A stretch of DNA of 64,000 nucleotides from the human T2T-CHM13v2.0 reference genome, Homo sapiens: assembly GCF_009914755.1 (NCBI RefSeq), contig NC_060942.1, one strand, 5' to 3'. The notes under the pieces were generated by a model. That model was not told the DNA's origin. It did not search any database and saw nothing but the letters and a program-made list of their open reading frames with translations. Within the stretch, counting starts at the first letter, position 1. Every line of letters starts with the position of its first letter. Position numbers and translations under genes: made by a program. Below, piece after piece: positions 1 to 13,714 of this stretch.

Positions 1-198
1 ACGTCTGATGTTTCCTCTCAGTACTTTTCCAACCACTGACCCCACCCTGCTTTTTGGCTATAAATGACCACTTGTCCATGCTGTATTTAGAATTGAGCCT
101 GGTTCTATACTGAGGTCTCTTTCCACTATTGCAATAGTTCCTGAATAAAATCTGCACTCACAGCATTAACTCCTGCCCAGCTCCGGTTTTATTTAACT
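1..198 (+). mobile_element. 3' part of an ERV1 LTR (MER31-like)
   Basis: LTR-type TATA (ctataaat), the motif gaattgagcc...ctatactgaggtctc...ctattgcaatagttcctgAATAAAatctg; family from recalled consensus. Confidence 0.55.
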
Positions 199-732
199 GT
201 GACTGGCTTCCTTTTTTTTTTTTTTTTTTTGGCTTGCCCTGTGCCACTGCCATCTTTACCTTATGGGAAACATTCCCTAGAGTTTAAGTGGACCGCTCCA
301 TGCCTAATTCCACAGACATGCGTGGACACAGGACCCAGCCTGGTCAGCCAGAGAACCGCATTTCCCTGACGACATTTATTATTCAAGTCAGCCAGTTAGA
401 ACCTTCCCTGCGGGAAAATTTCCCTCTCTCCTCTGGCATCACAAACAGAGAGAGTCAAAAGCAGAAATGGCTTCTGGTCTCTGAATGCAGGTGTGGGTTT
501 GAATCCCAGTTCTGACAGAAATGACTAAAGACAAGTGCAACGCTTCAAAAGGCAAGAAAAGAGTGGGCTGGACCTCAAGCTCCCAACACAGCAAAGAATC
601 CCACCTCCAAGCCTGCTCTTTAGGGACCACTTAGACCTGATTAATAGGATGTCAGGGGAACCACAAGGAGAGGAAGATGAGAAGGCCCTGGGTCTGCAGG
701 AATCACATTAGCAGATTCATGTGTAAACCTAG

Positions 733-1051
<319 letters not shown>

Positions 1052-1157
1052 CAAACCCCATTTTCAATAATAGTTAAGTGTTGAATGTTTCTGCCAAGCC
1101 AGTAAGATAAAAGCTCTGGGCTGTATTTCACCTGATTTAAAGCAAATAAAGAAAAAG

Positions 1158-1500
<343 letters not shown>

Positions 1501-1837
1501 TCACGTGTATGTGGTTGCCAATTCGTAACTTCTTTAGCGGCAGAATGGTATTTGAGTACTAGGAGCAGTAGAGAAGGGGTTTGAATTTGGGTTTGACTTC
1601 AGAATCCTCATATAAATTTTTTTTTTAATTTCAAACATGCTGAAAAAACACAGACTAATAGAATGCGCAGCCACGTACCCACCACTGAAATTTAACAAAT
1701 GTTCACATTTCACTTTGTTTTCTTTTGGGTTATTTCTTGAAGGAAGAATACGTCCTTCCCTTTTTAAGGAAAAATCCCCTTTGTATGCCTCTCTGATGAT
1801 TCTCCTGTCTCTGTCCCAAGGATAACACCTACCTTAA

Positions 1838-2192
<355 letters not shown>

Positions 2193-2474
2193 TAACATTG
2201 TATATTATTAGTTTGAATGCTTCAAACCTTACATATATGGTTTGGTTTTGTATGTATCCTTCTAGAACTAGTTTTTTGTTTCACTAAATAATGTCTTTAA
2301 TATATATACATGTTGATACATATAATCTAGTTTACTCATGTTTTTGTTGAAATGGAAGTCATTTGGTTTATCCCATTATCCAGCTGTAGACATTTGCATT
2401 GTCGTCACTGTGTTGTTTTGAGGTTTTCACTACCACAAACAGTGCTTCATTGAACAGTTCTTGTTTTCTTTATT

Positions 2475-2761
2475 ATCTTTTTTAAAACAGGGTCTCTCTC
2501 TTTTGACCAGGCTGGAGTGCAGTGGCATTACCATAGCTTACCACAGTCTCCAATTCCTCTAATTCCTGGGCTAAAGTAATAATCCTGCCTGAACCTCCCA
2601 AGTAACTGGGACTACAGGCATGCGCCACCATGCCTGGCTAGTTTTTAAATATTTTATAGGGATGGGCTATCACTATGTTGCCAAGGCAGGTCTTGAACTC
2701 CTAGGCTCAGATGATCCTCCTGCCTTGGAGTGGGATTACGGGTATGAGTCACCATGCCTGA
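2475..2761 (-). mobile_element. Alu (old, AluJ-like)
   Basis: Diverged reverse Alu. Confidence 0.85.
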
Positions 2762-3189
2762 CTCATTTCTTGTTTTCAGATCTTGATGGCATACGTCTAA
2801 AAGTGTCAGTGCTTGGTCAAAGTGTATTTACCCTTCAAATTTACTAATATTTCAAGATTACTCTCTAAAGTAGTTAAACCATTTTGTAATTCCATCAGCA
2901 TTTTTTAAGTTGTAATCCCACCACTAATTTTAATATGAGGCCTCATCTTTTCCTTACATCCTCACAAACACTTGGTATTATCTGACTCTGGGTTGTATCA
3001 ATTTTATTCCCAGTTCCCTAGTTAGGTTGAGGATATTCTTATAAGATTTTTATCATGTTGAGTTTCTGTAAGTTGCCACTCAAGTGATTTTCCGGTTTCC
3101 TAAATAAGTTTTTTGTCTTTTGTATTTTGTGTGTGTACGTGTGTGTGTGTACGCACATTTGTCTTTTGATATACAGTTTAGGTGTCTAT

Positions 3190-3400
3190 GGCAGCCTCAA
3201 GCCATTTGGATGCGTGGCTTACATGTCAGTTTAGGGATCCAGAAAGAGTGATCAGGCAAAATAGGTAGCAGTCACATCCCCTTTTATGACCTAACCTCAC
3301 AAGTCATGGAGTATCATTTTTACAGCATTTTATTGGTTAAAAGTGAGTCACAACAGTAATCCTAGATTCAAGGGAAAGGGACATAGGGTATCAAAGAACT
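3190..3400 (-). mobile_element. Old MaLR LTR fragment (MLT1-like)
   Basis: Motifs ttttatgacctaacctcacaagtca...ttattggtt...cctagattcaaggga resemble MLT1 LTRs. Confidence 0.45.
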
Positions 3401-3402
3401 TG

Positions 3403-3882
3403 TGGGCTGCTTAGCTTCTTCCACCTATTGTTACTTCTTGATGATTATATGTTAAACAAGGGGTGGATTATTCATGAGTTTTCCAGGAAATGGGTGAGCA
3501 ATTCCTGGAACTGAGGGTTCCTCTCCCTTTTTAGACCATATAGGGTAACTTCCTGACTTTGCCATGGTATTTGTAAATTGTCATGGTGCTGGTGAGAGTG
3601 TCTCTTAGCATGCTAATGCGTTATAATTAGCATATAATCAGCAGTGACAACGACCAGCAGCCACTTTTGTTGCCATCTTGGTTTTGGTGAGTTTTGGCCT
3701 GCTTCTTTACTGCAACCTATTTTATCAGCAAGGCCTTTATAACCTGTATCTTGTGCCAACCTCCTATCTCATCCTGTGACTAAGAACATCTTAACCTCCT
3801 GGAATGCAGCCCAGTAGGTCTCAGCCTTACTTCACCTAGCCCCTATTCAAGATAGAGTCACTCTGGTTTGAATGCCTCTGAT
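3403..3882 (-). mobile_element. MER41B-type ERV1 LTR, 3'-truncated, with tandem GAS motifs
   Basis: The reverse complement begins TATCAGAGGCATTCAAACCAGAGTGACTCTATCTTGAATAGGGGCT...GAGACCTACTGGGCTGCATTCC (MER41 5' end). It includes GGAAGTTACCCTATATGGTCTAAAAAGGG and the segment AACCCTCAGTTCCAGGAATTGCTCACCCATTTCCTGGAAAACTCATGAATAATCCACCCC that I recall as present in MER41B and deleted in MER41A. Confidence 0.85.
3481..3510. promoter_or_regulatory. Tandem GAS (STAT-binding) motifs TTCCAGGAA and TTCCTGGAA
   Basis: Two perfect TTCN3GAA sites at 3481-3489 and 3502-3510, 21 bp apart; function inferred. Confidence 0.65.
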
Positions 3883-4133
3883 AGTCTCACTGGGAGGGAA
3901 AGCAGTGGTGGCAGTTCAAGACCCTGAGCTGGTCATAGGAATCCTTGTGTCTGGTTATTGCAGAGAAGAATTCTAATACATTCTTCCATTGTTGGGTTAA
4001 TAGGGGGAATTGTAGATGATATTATTCTCTATCATAGGACATACCTTCTACATTTTCTAAAGTGGAAAATACATGCTGTTGAGTCATAATAATGAGTATT
4101 TGCTAGATTTTTGCACTAAATCTATAGGGTTAC

Positions 4134-4506
4134 TGACATGGTTTGGCTGTGTCCCCACCCAAATCTCATCTTGAATTGTAGTTCCCGTAATCCCCATGTG
4201 TTGGAGCAGGGACCTTGTGAGAGGTGATTAGATCATGGAAGCGGTTTCCCCATGCTGTTCTTGTAGTAGAGAGTCAGTTCTCATAAGACCTGATGGTTTT
4301 ATAAGGGGCTTTTATTCTCTTTGCTCTGTACTTCTGTCTCCTGCTGCCACATGAAGAAGGACATGTTTGCTTCCCCTTCTGCCATAATTGTAAGTTTCCT
4401 GAGGCCTCCCCAGCCCTATGGAACTGTGAGTCAATTAAACCTGTTTCCTTTATAAATACCCAGTCTCTAGTATTTCTTCATAGCAGCATGAGAACCAACT
4501 AATACA
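4134..4506 (+). mobile_element. THE1-family (MaLR) solo LTR
   Basis: TGacatggtttggctgtgtccccacccaaatctcatcttgaattgtag...gaactgtgagtcaattaaacc...aactaataCA; flanked by ttac on both sides. Confidence 0.9.
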
Positions 4507-4589
4507 TTACCCTATAGTGAAAGGTTGAGTAAGCAGTCAGATGGGAACCTGAATCCTAGAAGTAAAGAGGGCAGCCAAGAGTAAATTAA

Positions 4590-4869
4590 AGCACTTTGGG
4601 AGGCCGAGGTGGGTGGATTGCTTGAGGCCAGGAGTTCAAAACCAGCCTGGCCAACATGGCAAAACCCTGTCTCTACTAAAAATACAAAAATCAGCTTGTT
4701 GTGGTGGCGGGTGCCTGTAATCCCAGCTACTCAGGCAGCCGAGGCAGGAGAATCACTTGAACCCAGAAGACAGAGGGTACAGTGAGCCGAGATCGCACCA
4801 CTGCACTCCAGCTTGGGCAACAGAGTGAGAACCTGTCCGAAAAAAATAAAATAAATAAAATAAAATAAA
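4590..4869 (+). mobile_element. Alu, 5'-truncated
   Basis: Starts at gcactttgggaggccgagg; (AATA)n tail. Confidence 0.92.
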
Positions 4870-5946
4870 CTTATCTATAAGTGAGAGACTTTGATCTGAA
4901 ATAGAGAAGAATGTTAAGCTCAGCTAACTGTACCAGGGACTAAGTGGGAAAAATAGTTTGCTAAATACCTTTGTTTACCTTTCTGAGTAAACAAACAGGT
5001 ACCCACACAAACAGCACCACATATTTTCTGCCAGGTCTTAAAAATCCTCAGAGCTCATTGTTCAGGGTGGTAGACATTCCTTTGACTCTGGCTTGTTCCC
5101 ATCTAGCAGAATCTAGCTGATTGAAACAACAAAGACGCTTTCCCTCAATAATTATGCTCTGGAAAGCAGGCATTTGTCACTGCCCGAAGGACAAACCAGC
5201 CACACCTATATCTTGAAGTGGAGCTTTTAAAGGATTTGAGAGTCCATTTCTCACAGGGATGCTCTTAAATAGATGCAGAGAGGAATGGTATACTCATATT
5301 TATTCATCAAATATTTCTTGAGTGTCCATTGTGTGAAAAATTATCTTTCAAGGTACTAATACAAATAATATAAAGAGAAATAAGACAAAACATCTGCATT
5401 CAAAGGAGGAGACATAAGAAATATTGCAATTCAGGGTAGAGTGTGAAGTGGACTCTAAAAAGGACTGAACCCAAGTGAGGTTCACAAATGGGATTACATC
5501 ATTTCTGATGGGACAAATCTGAACCTTGACTGATGATGAGTAAGATTTTCTATTTATAAACATAATTAGGTGGTAGGGAGTGAGAAGGAAGAAAATTCTA
5601 GGCAGACAGAAAAGTATATATTAAGATACATGGCTGGATCTGTCTAGAGATTGAGTTACCCATCTTGGCCTGGCAAAGTGAAGCAGAAAGAAGCAGTGAA
5701 TTGTGAGCCTGGAGAAGCAGGAGGGGGCCACTTCTCCAAGAGCTTTGGATGTCAGGTCAATGTGTCATGATCTTACCCTGAGGTGGAATTTGCTACATGA
5801 ACTGGGATGATTTTGAGATGAAAGGTGGCATGATTAACAGTTGTGCCAGAACAACAGTTATGACCTGGTATTGTCCTGAACAAACTGGGATCTATGGTCA
5901 CCCAATCATTGGAAAATTCTTCAAAGAGAAGTTGTGGTTGGGAAGT

Positions 5947-6576
<630 letters not shown>

Positions 6577-6640
6577 GGAGGGGACTGCAGTGAGTTCATT
6601 ACAGAGAACAGGCACCAAAGGTGGGCAGGCCTAGGAGCAC

Positions 6641-7420
6641 TGTGGTCATTTCCTAGAGCTACCACAATAAAATACCTTCAGCTGGAAATGGTGGCTCACA
6701 CCTGTAACCCCAGCACTTTGGGAGGTTCAGGCGGGCAGATCGCTTGAGTCCAGGAGTTTGAGAGCAGCCTGGGCAACACAGTGAGACCCCATCTCTTAAA
6801 AAAAATGAAAAACAAAACTAGACAGGCATGGTGGTGTGCCTGCAGTCCCAGCTACTCAGGAGGCTGAGGTGGGAGGATCGCTTGAGCCCAGGACGTGGAG
6901 GTTGCAGTGAGCTGAGATCCTGCCACTGGGCATCAGAGTGAGACCCTGTCTCTAAAATAAAATAAAATAAAATAAAACAATAAAATAATAAAGTACCTCC
7001 AACTAGGTGGCTTAACACAGTAGAAATTTATGGTTTCACAGTTCTGGATGTAGGAATTACAAAATCCAGGTGACACCAGGGCCATGCTGCCTCGGAAGGC
7101 TCTGATGAAATCCTTCCTTTCCTCTTCCCAGTTTCTGGTGTTGACAGCAATTCTTGGTGTTCCTTGACTTGCAGATGCATTGGTCTAGTCTCTGCCTCCC
7201 CAGAGTTCTCTCTATGTGTCTTTACCGCCTCTCCTCTCCTTGTGTGTCTGTCTCTGTGTCTCTTGTCCTCTTATAAAGACACCAATCACATTGGATTTAA
7301 GGGCCCACTCTATCCCAGCAGGACCTCATTTCAACTTAACAGTGGCAAAGATCCCACTTCCAACAAAGTCACATTCTAAGGTTCTGGAAAGGACACGCTT
7401 CTTTGGAGGACATTATGTAA
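6641..7420 (-). mobile_element. MLT1-type MaLR LTR interrupted by an Alu
   Basis: ggtggcttaa...agaaattta...cacagttctgga...ttataaagacaccaatcacattggatttaagggcccac...aaagtcacattct. Confidence 0.65.
6680..6990 (+). mobile_element. Alu (AluJ-like)
   Basis: Alu consensus, (AAAAT)n tail, TSD-like taaaa(g)tacct. Confidence 0.9.
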
Positions 7421-7605
7421 CCCAGGACAAGTACCATGCAAGGGAAATTTGTGTGTGTGGAGTATGGCGCCTAAACCATCAAGACAGGAAGGCAGGAACA
7501 GCAGAACGGCAATGGGAGGGAGGGAAGGAAGTGGAGGGTGGTAAATTTTGCTTGCTTTGCAGCTTTTCACAGGGCCCCGAGAGTGCTTTTAGCACTAAGG
7601 ATGTA

Positions 7606-7941
7606 CAGTCACGCACCGAATAATGGTTTGGTCAATGGCATACATGACTGTGATCCCATTGTAAGATTATAATGCTGTATCTTTACTGAACCTTTTCTAT
7701 GTTTAAATATGTTTAGATACACAAATACCATTGGGTTACCATTTGCTTACATAATTCAGTACAGTAGCATGCAGTACAGGTCTGTAGCCTAGAAGCAACA
7801 GGCTATACCCTATTATTCTAGGTGTGTAGTAGGCTACCTCTAGGTTTGTGTAAATACAGTCTATCATGTTAGCACAAGGACGAAATCACCTAGTAATGCT
7901 TGTCTCAGAACATAGCACTTTCGTTAAGTGAGGTATGACTG
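7606..7941 (+). mobile_element. Tigger3a-like TcMar non-autonomous DNA transposon
   Basis: TA|CAGTCA...TGACTG|TA termini with TA target duplication; internal tatgtttagatacacaaatac...tagcctagaagcaa. Confidence 0.8.
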
Positions 7942-8539
7942 TACTTGAATCACCAGGACTAGGATGGAAGGCTGCACACTGTAACCCACCCAGCTTCCAC
8001 CCAGTTTTCTCAAGTCTAGACTTCTCTTTTTCCCCTTTTAGATGAAGGGAAGAGGTTTAATATTAGAAATCAAACAAGACTCAAAATTGGGAAATGTCAA
8101 AACTTTGTCACTTTGGGCAAATCATTTGATCTCTCAGTCTGTTTCCTCCTCCTTAAAATGAGGATGTTGGACTGTTTTCATGTCTGTAAAAAGAGGATGT
8201 TGAGGATGATCATTAAGGGTGCTTCTGGCTCTATAAGCTATTGCTCTAGGAGGAAGCAGTGGAACTGTGCTCCCCTGTCACTGTTAAGAGGATAGATTTT
8301 CAATATGACCAGTGGCTATCCCCATTTTTTAACAAGCATATCTATCAGACAGCATTTGTAACGGTAAACAACAGAAATTGGTTATCTTGAGCAAAACAGG
8401 GATTTATTAGAAGGCTTTGGGGACTGGCACCAGGATCAATTTGGTGCAGGTACCTTATTACAGTAGATGTGATCCCATCCTCTTCCAGGAGCTTTCCATG
8501 ATTATATCACTTGCACAACAGTAAGCATCTGGACAAGAG

Positions 8540-9140
8540 TTTCTTTTCTTTTCTTTTCTTTTCTTTCTTTTCTGGTTTCTTTTCCTTTCTTGCTTGCTTG
8601 CTTGCTTGTTTATTGAGATAGAGTTTCGCACTGTTGCTCAGAATGGAGTGCAGTAGCATGATAGTGGCTCACTGCAACCTCTGCCTCCTGGGCTCAAGCA
8701 ATCCTCCAGCCTCAGCCTCCTGAACAGCTGGAACTATAGGCATGCGCCATCACGCCCAGCTAATTGTTGTATTTTTAGTAGAGACAGGGTTTTGCCACGT
8801 TGCCCAGGCTGGTCTCAAATTCCCTGGCTCAAGTAATCCACTGGCTTTGGCCTCCCAAAGTGCTGGGATTACAGGTGTGAGCCACTGCGCCCAGCCTGGT
8901 TCTTTTTGTAGACAGAGTCTTGCTCTATTGCCCAGGCTGGAGTGTAGTGGCATGTTCATAGCTCACTGCAACCTGGAACTCTTGGGCTTAAGTGATCCTC
9001 CCACCTCCATGCCACTACGCCCTGCTAATATTTTAATTTTTTGTAGAGATGACATCTGGCCATGTTGCCCAGGCTGGTCTCGAATCGCTGGCCTCAAGTG
9101 AACCTCCCGCCTTGGCCTCCCAAAGTGCTGGGATTACAGG
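8540..9140 (-). mobile_element. Two tandem Alus (~8540-8897, ~8900-9140)
   Basis: Two consecutive reverse Alu consensus matches; (TTTTC)n/(TGCT)n tail. Confidence 0.88.
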
Positions 9141-9499
9141 CTAGATTTTAATATTTATCTCCCCCCAAGCTTTACTGAAATACTAATGATATTCATTTTT
9201 TTAACCACTTTTCATCGTAAGAGAAATACAAATTTTCCTATTGATTCTTATGCACAAAAATCAAGTTTTTGTGGTACTGCTATACATTAGTAGTATGTTC
9301 AGCCAGTTTCCAAAGAAATTAGTCAAGATCCCAACATGCAACTTGTATACCACACTACCTTGGAATTCGGCGGCACAAACAACTATTCCTTGTACAAAAC
9401 CTCCCTGAAAACGACTAAATGGAAAAGTGGATGGCTTGAAACAAGGAATGTTTGGTTTTTTAAAAAGCATTTTTCACAATTTAGTCGAGGTGTGGGGAG

Positions 9500-10900
9500 G
9501 GTTTCCCCACTTGTGGCTCTGCACAGCGTGCGCGCGCGTCTGTCCTGGGGTCCCCTCCCTGCGGGGACGAGGCCGGGGTCCCCGCGCGAGCCCAGCGGAC
9601 CTGGGCAGTGCGGGGGTCCGACCGCCCGCCACAGGGGGACAGGGACCGCAGCCGCCAAATCCGCGGGGCCGGGGAACGAGGAGACTTTCCTTTCCGCGTT
9701 AGCCGGGGCCACCCCCGCCAGAGGGAAAGCACCAAAGGAAAAACCAGGACAGGGACTCTGGGGGCCGGAGGAGCGGCCTCCTGCAGGCACCAGCGGAGGG
9801 GCGCGGGGGTGGGGGAAGGGATCAGGGCTCCGCGCTCCGTCCGCCCCACGACCCCCGCCCGGCGCCCCTCCCCTCGGAACCCCCACTTAGTGCCCGGCCC
9901 CCGCCCCGCCCCGCGCGGCCCCCGGCCTCAGCCCCGCGCGCCCCGACGCCCCGCCTGCGCCGCGGGCCCGAGTAGTGGACGCGGGGCGGCCCGCTCGGCT
10001 CCTCCGCACCCGCTCCCCGCTCGGGCCGAGGCGCCGCGGCCGCGCGCCCCTCCTGGAGGAGGAGGAGGAAGGAGGCGGGAGGAGGAGTTGCCGAGAGGAG
10101 AAGGCGAGCGCGGCAGTCGCGCCGGCGCTGGGCAAGGAAGCGGAGCCGGGCCGCCTCCGGGTAAGCGTCCGGGGAGCTCGGGCGGGAGGCAGGGGCAGGG
10201 CTTCGCCGTCCGCCTCCGGGTCGCCCGCGGTCCGGGACACGGCTGGTTTTCGCCTCGGAGTGCAGGGGGCGGATCCGGCGCGGGCCGGGCCAGGGAGGCC
10301 GCCGGGCGCGGGGCTGCAGCGACGGGTCTGGGTCAGCGCGAGGCCCTGCGCCGTCTCGGCGGGTGCGCGGGCGGGGGCCAGGGCCGGGGAACGGGGGCCG
10401 GGGCCAGTCCCGGGAGCGGGGACGCGGAAACCGGGAAGCCGGGGCCGGGGCGCGGCGGCCCCTGAAGGGCCGAGGCCTGCGCGGCCGCGGACGGCTCTTC
10501 TCGACCCCTCGGCCTCTTCGGCCGCGGCGCGCCGGCCTGGGCCGCCGCCTTTGTTGCCCGCAGCTCGCCGGGGAGAGGCCGGGGCTCCGCGAGGCCTGGG
10601 CAGCGGCGCGGGGCCTGCGCGGCTCTGCGCCCCGGCCGGGTCCCTCCTCGGACCTCCGCGGGCTCGGGCTCGGGCTCGGGGTCGGGGCGCGGCGAGGCCG
10701 CAGGCGCGAGGGCGGGCCTGGGGCGCGGCGCTGGGACTCGGGGACGCCCCCGCCCCACCGCGAGGTCGCGCCGGCGCTGGTGGAGGTGCAGGCCGGGGCT
10801 GCTCTGCGGCTGAAGGTGCCGCCGGCCGGCTGCGCACTCACCCGGGTGTAGGGACCGGACGATTGTGGAATTTAAACCGCTCCTGGGACCGACACGGGCC
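9500..10900. promoter_or_regulatory. SOCS6: CpG-island promoter of SOCS6
   Basis: Extremely GC- and CpG-rich block in an otherwise CpG-depleted window. Clustered Sp/KLF GC boxes (ccccgccccgccccg ~9898-9913); no TATA box seen. Confidence 0.92.
10010..10160 (+). other. SOCS6: SOCS6 non-coding exon 1 (5' end approximate)
   Basis: Strong donor CGG|GTAAGC at 10160/10161 inside the CpG island, just downstream of the GC boxes; no ATG in the exon. The TSS is inferred, not seen. Confidence 0.8.
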
Positions 10901-12192
10901 TGAATTTTCAGTTTGCTTCGGGAGTTGGCAACTTCAGGTACACCCTTGTGGCTCACGGAGCAGAATTATGGACGTTTCTCAGGGGCAGATCCTGGCACAA
11001 AACTTGGGATATGTGCAGTAGTGTGTGTGCCAACTTAACGTTCAGTTGGAATGTGAAATTGGGGTTCCCATCCCCACTGTTTGGAATGAAGGGCCAGGTG
11101 GGAATATGTGGCGGGACTCAGTCTTCCGGTAGCAAAATAAATAATGTTGAATTCATTTCAACAAATGTTTCTGCAACGTCTGCCCGGATAAGGCAGCATG
11201 CACTGTGCATGAGGACAGAGAACACAGTAATGACAGAAATAACGTGAATTACACACTGAACGTCTCCCAGAGACATTTTAAATTTACTGTGTTCCTTGGG
11301 ATAAAGATACATTTGGAATCAAACAAAAGTAAACGTTCTACTTCAAGATAAAATATCTGACATCTTCTCAACCACTGAAGGTAGCAATTTATCTTGACTT
11401 GTTTTTAACCAACTACCACAACATTAAATCCATTTAGGTTACTTGAATGAACGAATCTTAATTGTAATATTTAATGCTGTGGACAGCCTTACTTAAAAAC
11501 ACGAATGGCATTGCTCACCAGGTTTCACAAAAACCGGAAAAAAAGTCTGTAATACTTTTCCGTGGGCTTTCTAATTTCTCCTCCTAGTGGGTTTTGTGCA
11601 CGCGTGGATATGGTAAGGTCTAGGATCCATTCAGCTCTAAATTAAATATGTGGCCTTAACCCTTTGGTTCAAACACCCTCCCTAAGCCTGCCTTGGTGCC
11701 TTGGAGGAACCTGGTTCGTGGACAGTGGATTTGATAAGGATTCCTAGAAGAACTTCTATCTGGAGTTTGGCCAGGGCTTTCCGCTTGTGCCTGGGTAAGG
11801 GTCAGCCAGGTATTCACCCGAATCTATACTTTTTTAGAACTCCATTCAGCATCTCTTTTGAAACACTTTCTCTCTTACCTTTATCGTTATCTTCTAAATT
11901 ACCCTCTAAATTGGTAGTCTTCCCCCTTTCTCTTCAGCAGGGCCTCCCACCCAAGCGCACACCCTCGGGTCATCCCATGACCCCCTCTCTTGGTGGGCCC
12001 CCCACCCCGCAGGGAGTGGCAGGGAAGGAATTTGAGAGCCATTGACTGGGCGTAGGGTGGAAAATGGTGCTGTACTGACTGGGTTTCTAGTCATTTTGCC
12101 TTCCAGTGTTTTTCTTCATTCTTGCATTAGAACTGGAAAAGGTGTTCTTTTAATGGCCCCCTTTTTTTAGGAAACAGAAAGCAAGTATCTTC

Positions 12193-12467
12193 TCTTTTGT
12201 TTTTCCTCTGTCACCCAGGGTGGAGTGCAGTGGTGCAATCATGGCTCACTGCAGCCTTGAACTCCTGGGCTCAAGTGATCCACCTCCCTCAGCCTCCTGA
12301 GTAGCTTGGACCACAGACATGTGCCACCACACCTGGCTGATTGTTTTTTGGAGAGGTGGGGTCTTGCTGTGTTGCCGAGGCTGGTCTCAAACTCTAGGCC
12401 TCAAGATCCTCTCACCTCAGCCTCCCAAAGCCCTGGGATTACAGGCACGAACCACCACACCCAGCCT
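12193..12467 (-). mobile_element. Alu (AluJ-like)
   Basis: Diverged reverse Alu. Confidence 0.88.
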
Positions 12468-12627
12468 GCAAGTGTCCTCTTAAGCCTTCTTGTGTAACTA
12501 CACTCCTTAGAGAAAAATCTTGCTGGTTTTCTCCATTATGGCCAGTTTTCAGGAAACTTTTGGGTTATTGATCATATCTTTTATTTTGCTCATAGAGGTG
12601 TGATCTTATTTAAAAGTCCAAACATAT

Positions 12628-12772
12628 AGATGGTCCCCAATTTTGGACTTTTTGACTTTTTGATGGAGCAAAAACGATACACATTTAGTATGCACTTCGA
12701 CTTACATCCAGATAAACCCACTGTGAGTTTTGACTTTAAGATATTTTCAATTTATCATGGGCTTATTGGGAC
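12628..12772. mobile_element. Tigger5/MER47-like DNA transposon remnant
   Basis: agatggtcccc...cgatacacatttagta...cgacttac...gataaaccca resembles recalled MER47 termini. Confidence 0.4.
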
Positions 12773-13348
12773 TCAATTATTGTTATTCTCTTAAAAATAT
12801 GCACTCGTGACCTCTTCCAATTCTGGAAATTATATTTACATCTGTGGTGCCGAAGTACTTTTGTAAAATTATTCATTTTACAAGGGAGAAATTCCAAATA
12901 CTAGTATATGTCATAAAAAGGAGAAACTTTCTTATATGGCTAGATTGATAGAAATAATTGTTCAGCTGTTAAAAGAGGAACAACGTAAGATGTGTTTGAT
13001 ATTGTTTTGAAGTGAAATTGTCATTAATGTTTTTATGGGTAATTTATTATGCTGTTTGGCGTGTTGGTTTAGCTAATAAGTCGTGATGGCTTTAGGGCTG
13101 AGGACACAGTTTACTTAAACTGATTTCAGGTCTTTACCCACCCATACAAACCTTACATTTTACTTCGTTGGGGCAGTTGTTTTTAGGTGGCCGTTGGTCT
13201 TGATGTTTCGAGAACAGACATACTTAGATAAAGTCACGTAAGATTTCAGTTCTCACCTTGCACACTCTGGACATGTTGGGGCATCCATTTACCCGCTCTG
13301 TCACGTTGAACACGTTCTGTATGCCCTCTGAGTCTTATCTGGGGCTAA

Positions 13349-13714
<366 letters not shown>

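Noticed and set aside
9336-11021. Many long overlapping ORFs (up to 348 aa) on both strands
   Set aside because: Stop-codon scarcity in the CpG island; low-complexity G/A/P/R translations with no domain, several starting at non-ATG codons.
11609-11617. Donor-like ATG|GTAAGG and other possible alternative exon boundaries near the CpG island
   Set aside because: Cannot be distinguished from chance splice-like motifs without transcript data.
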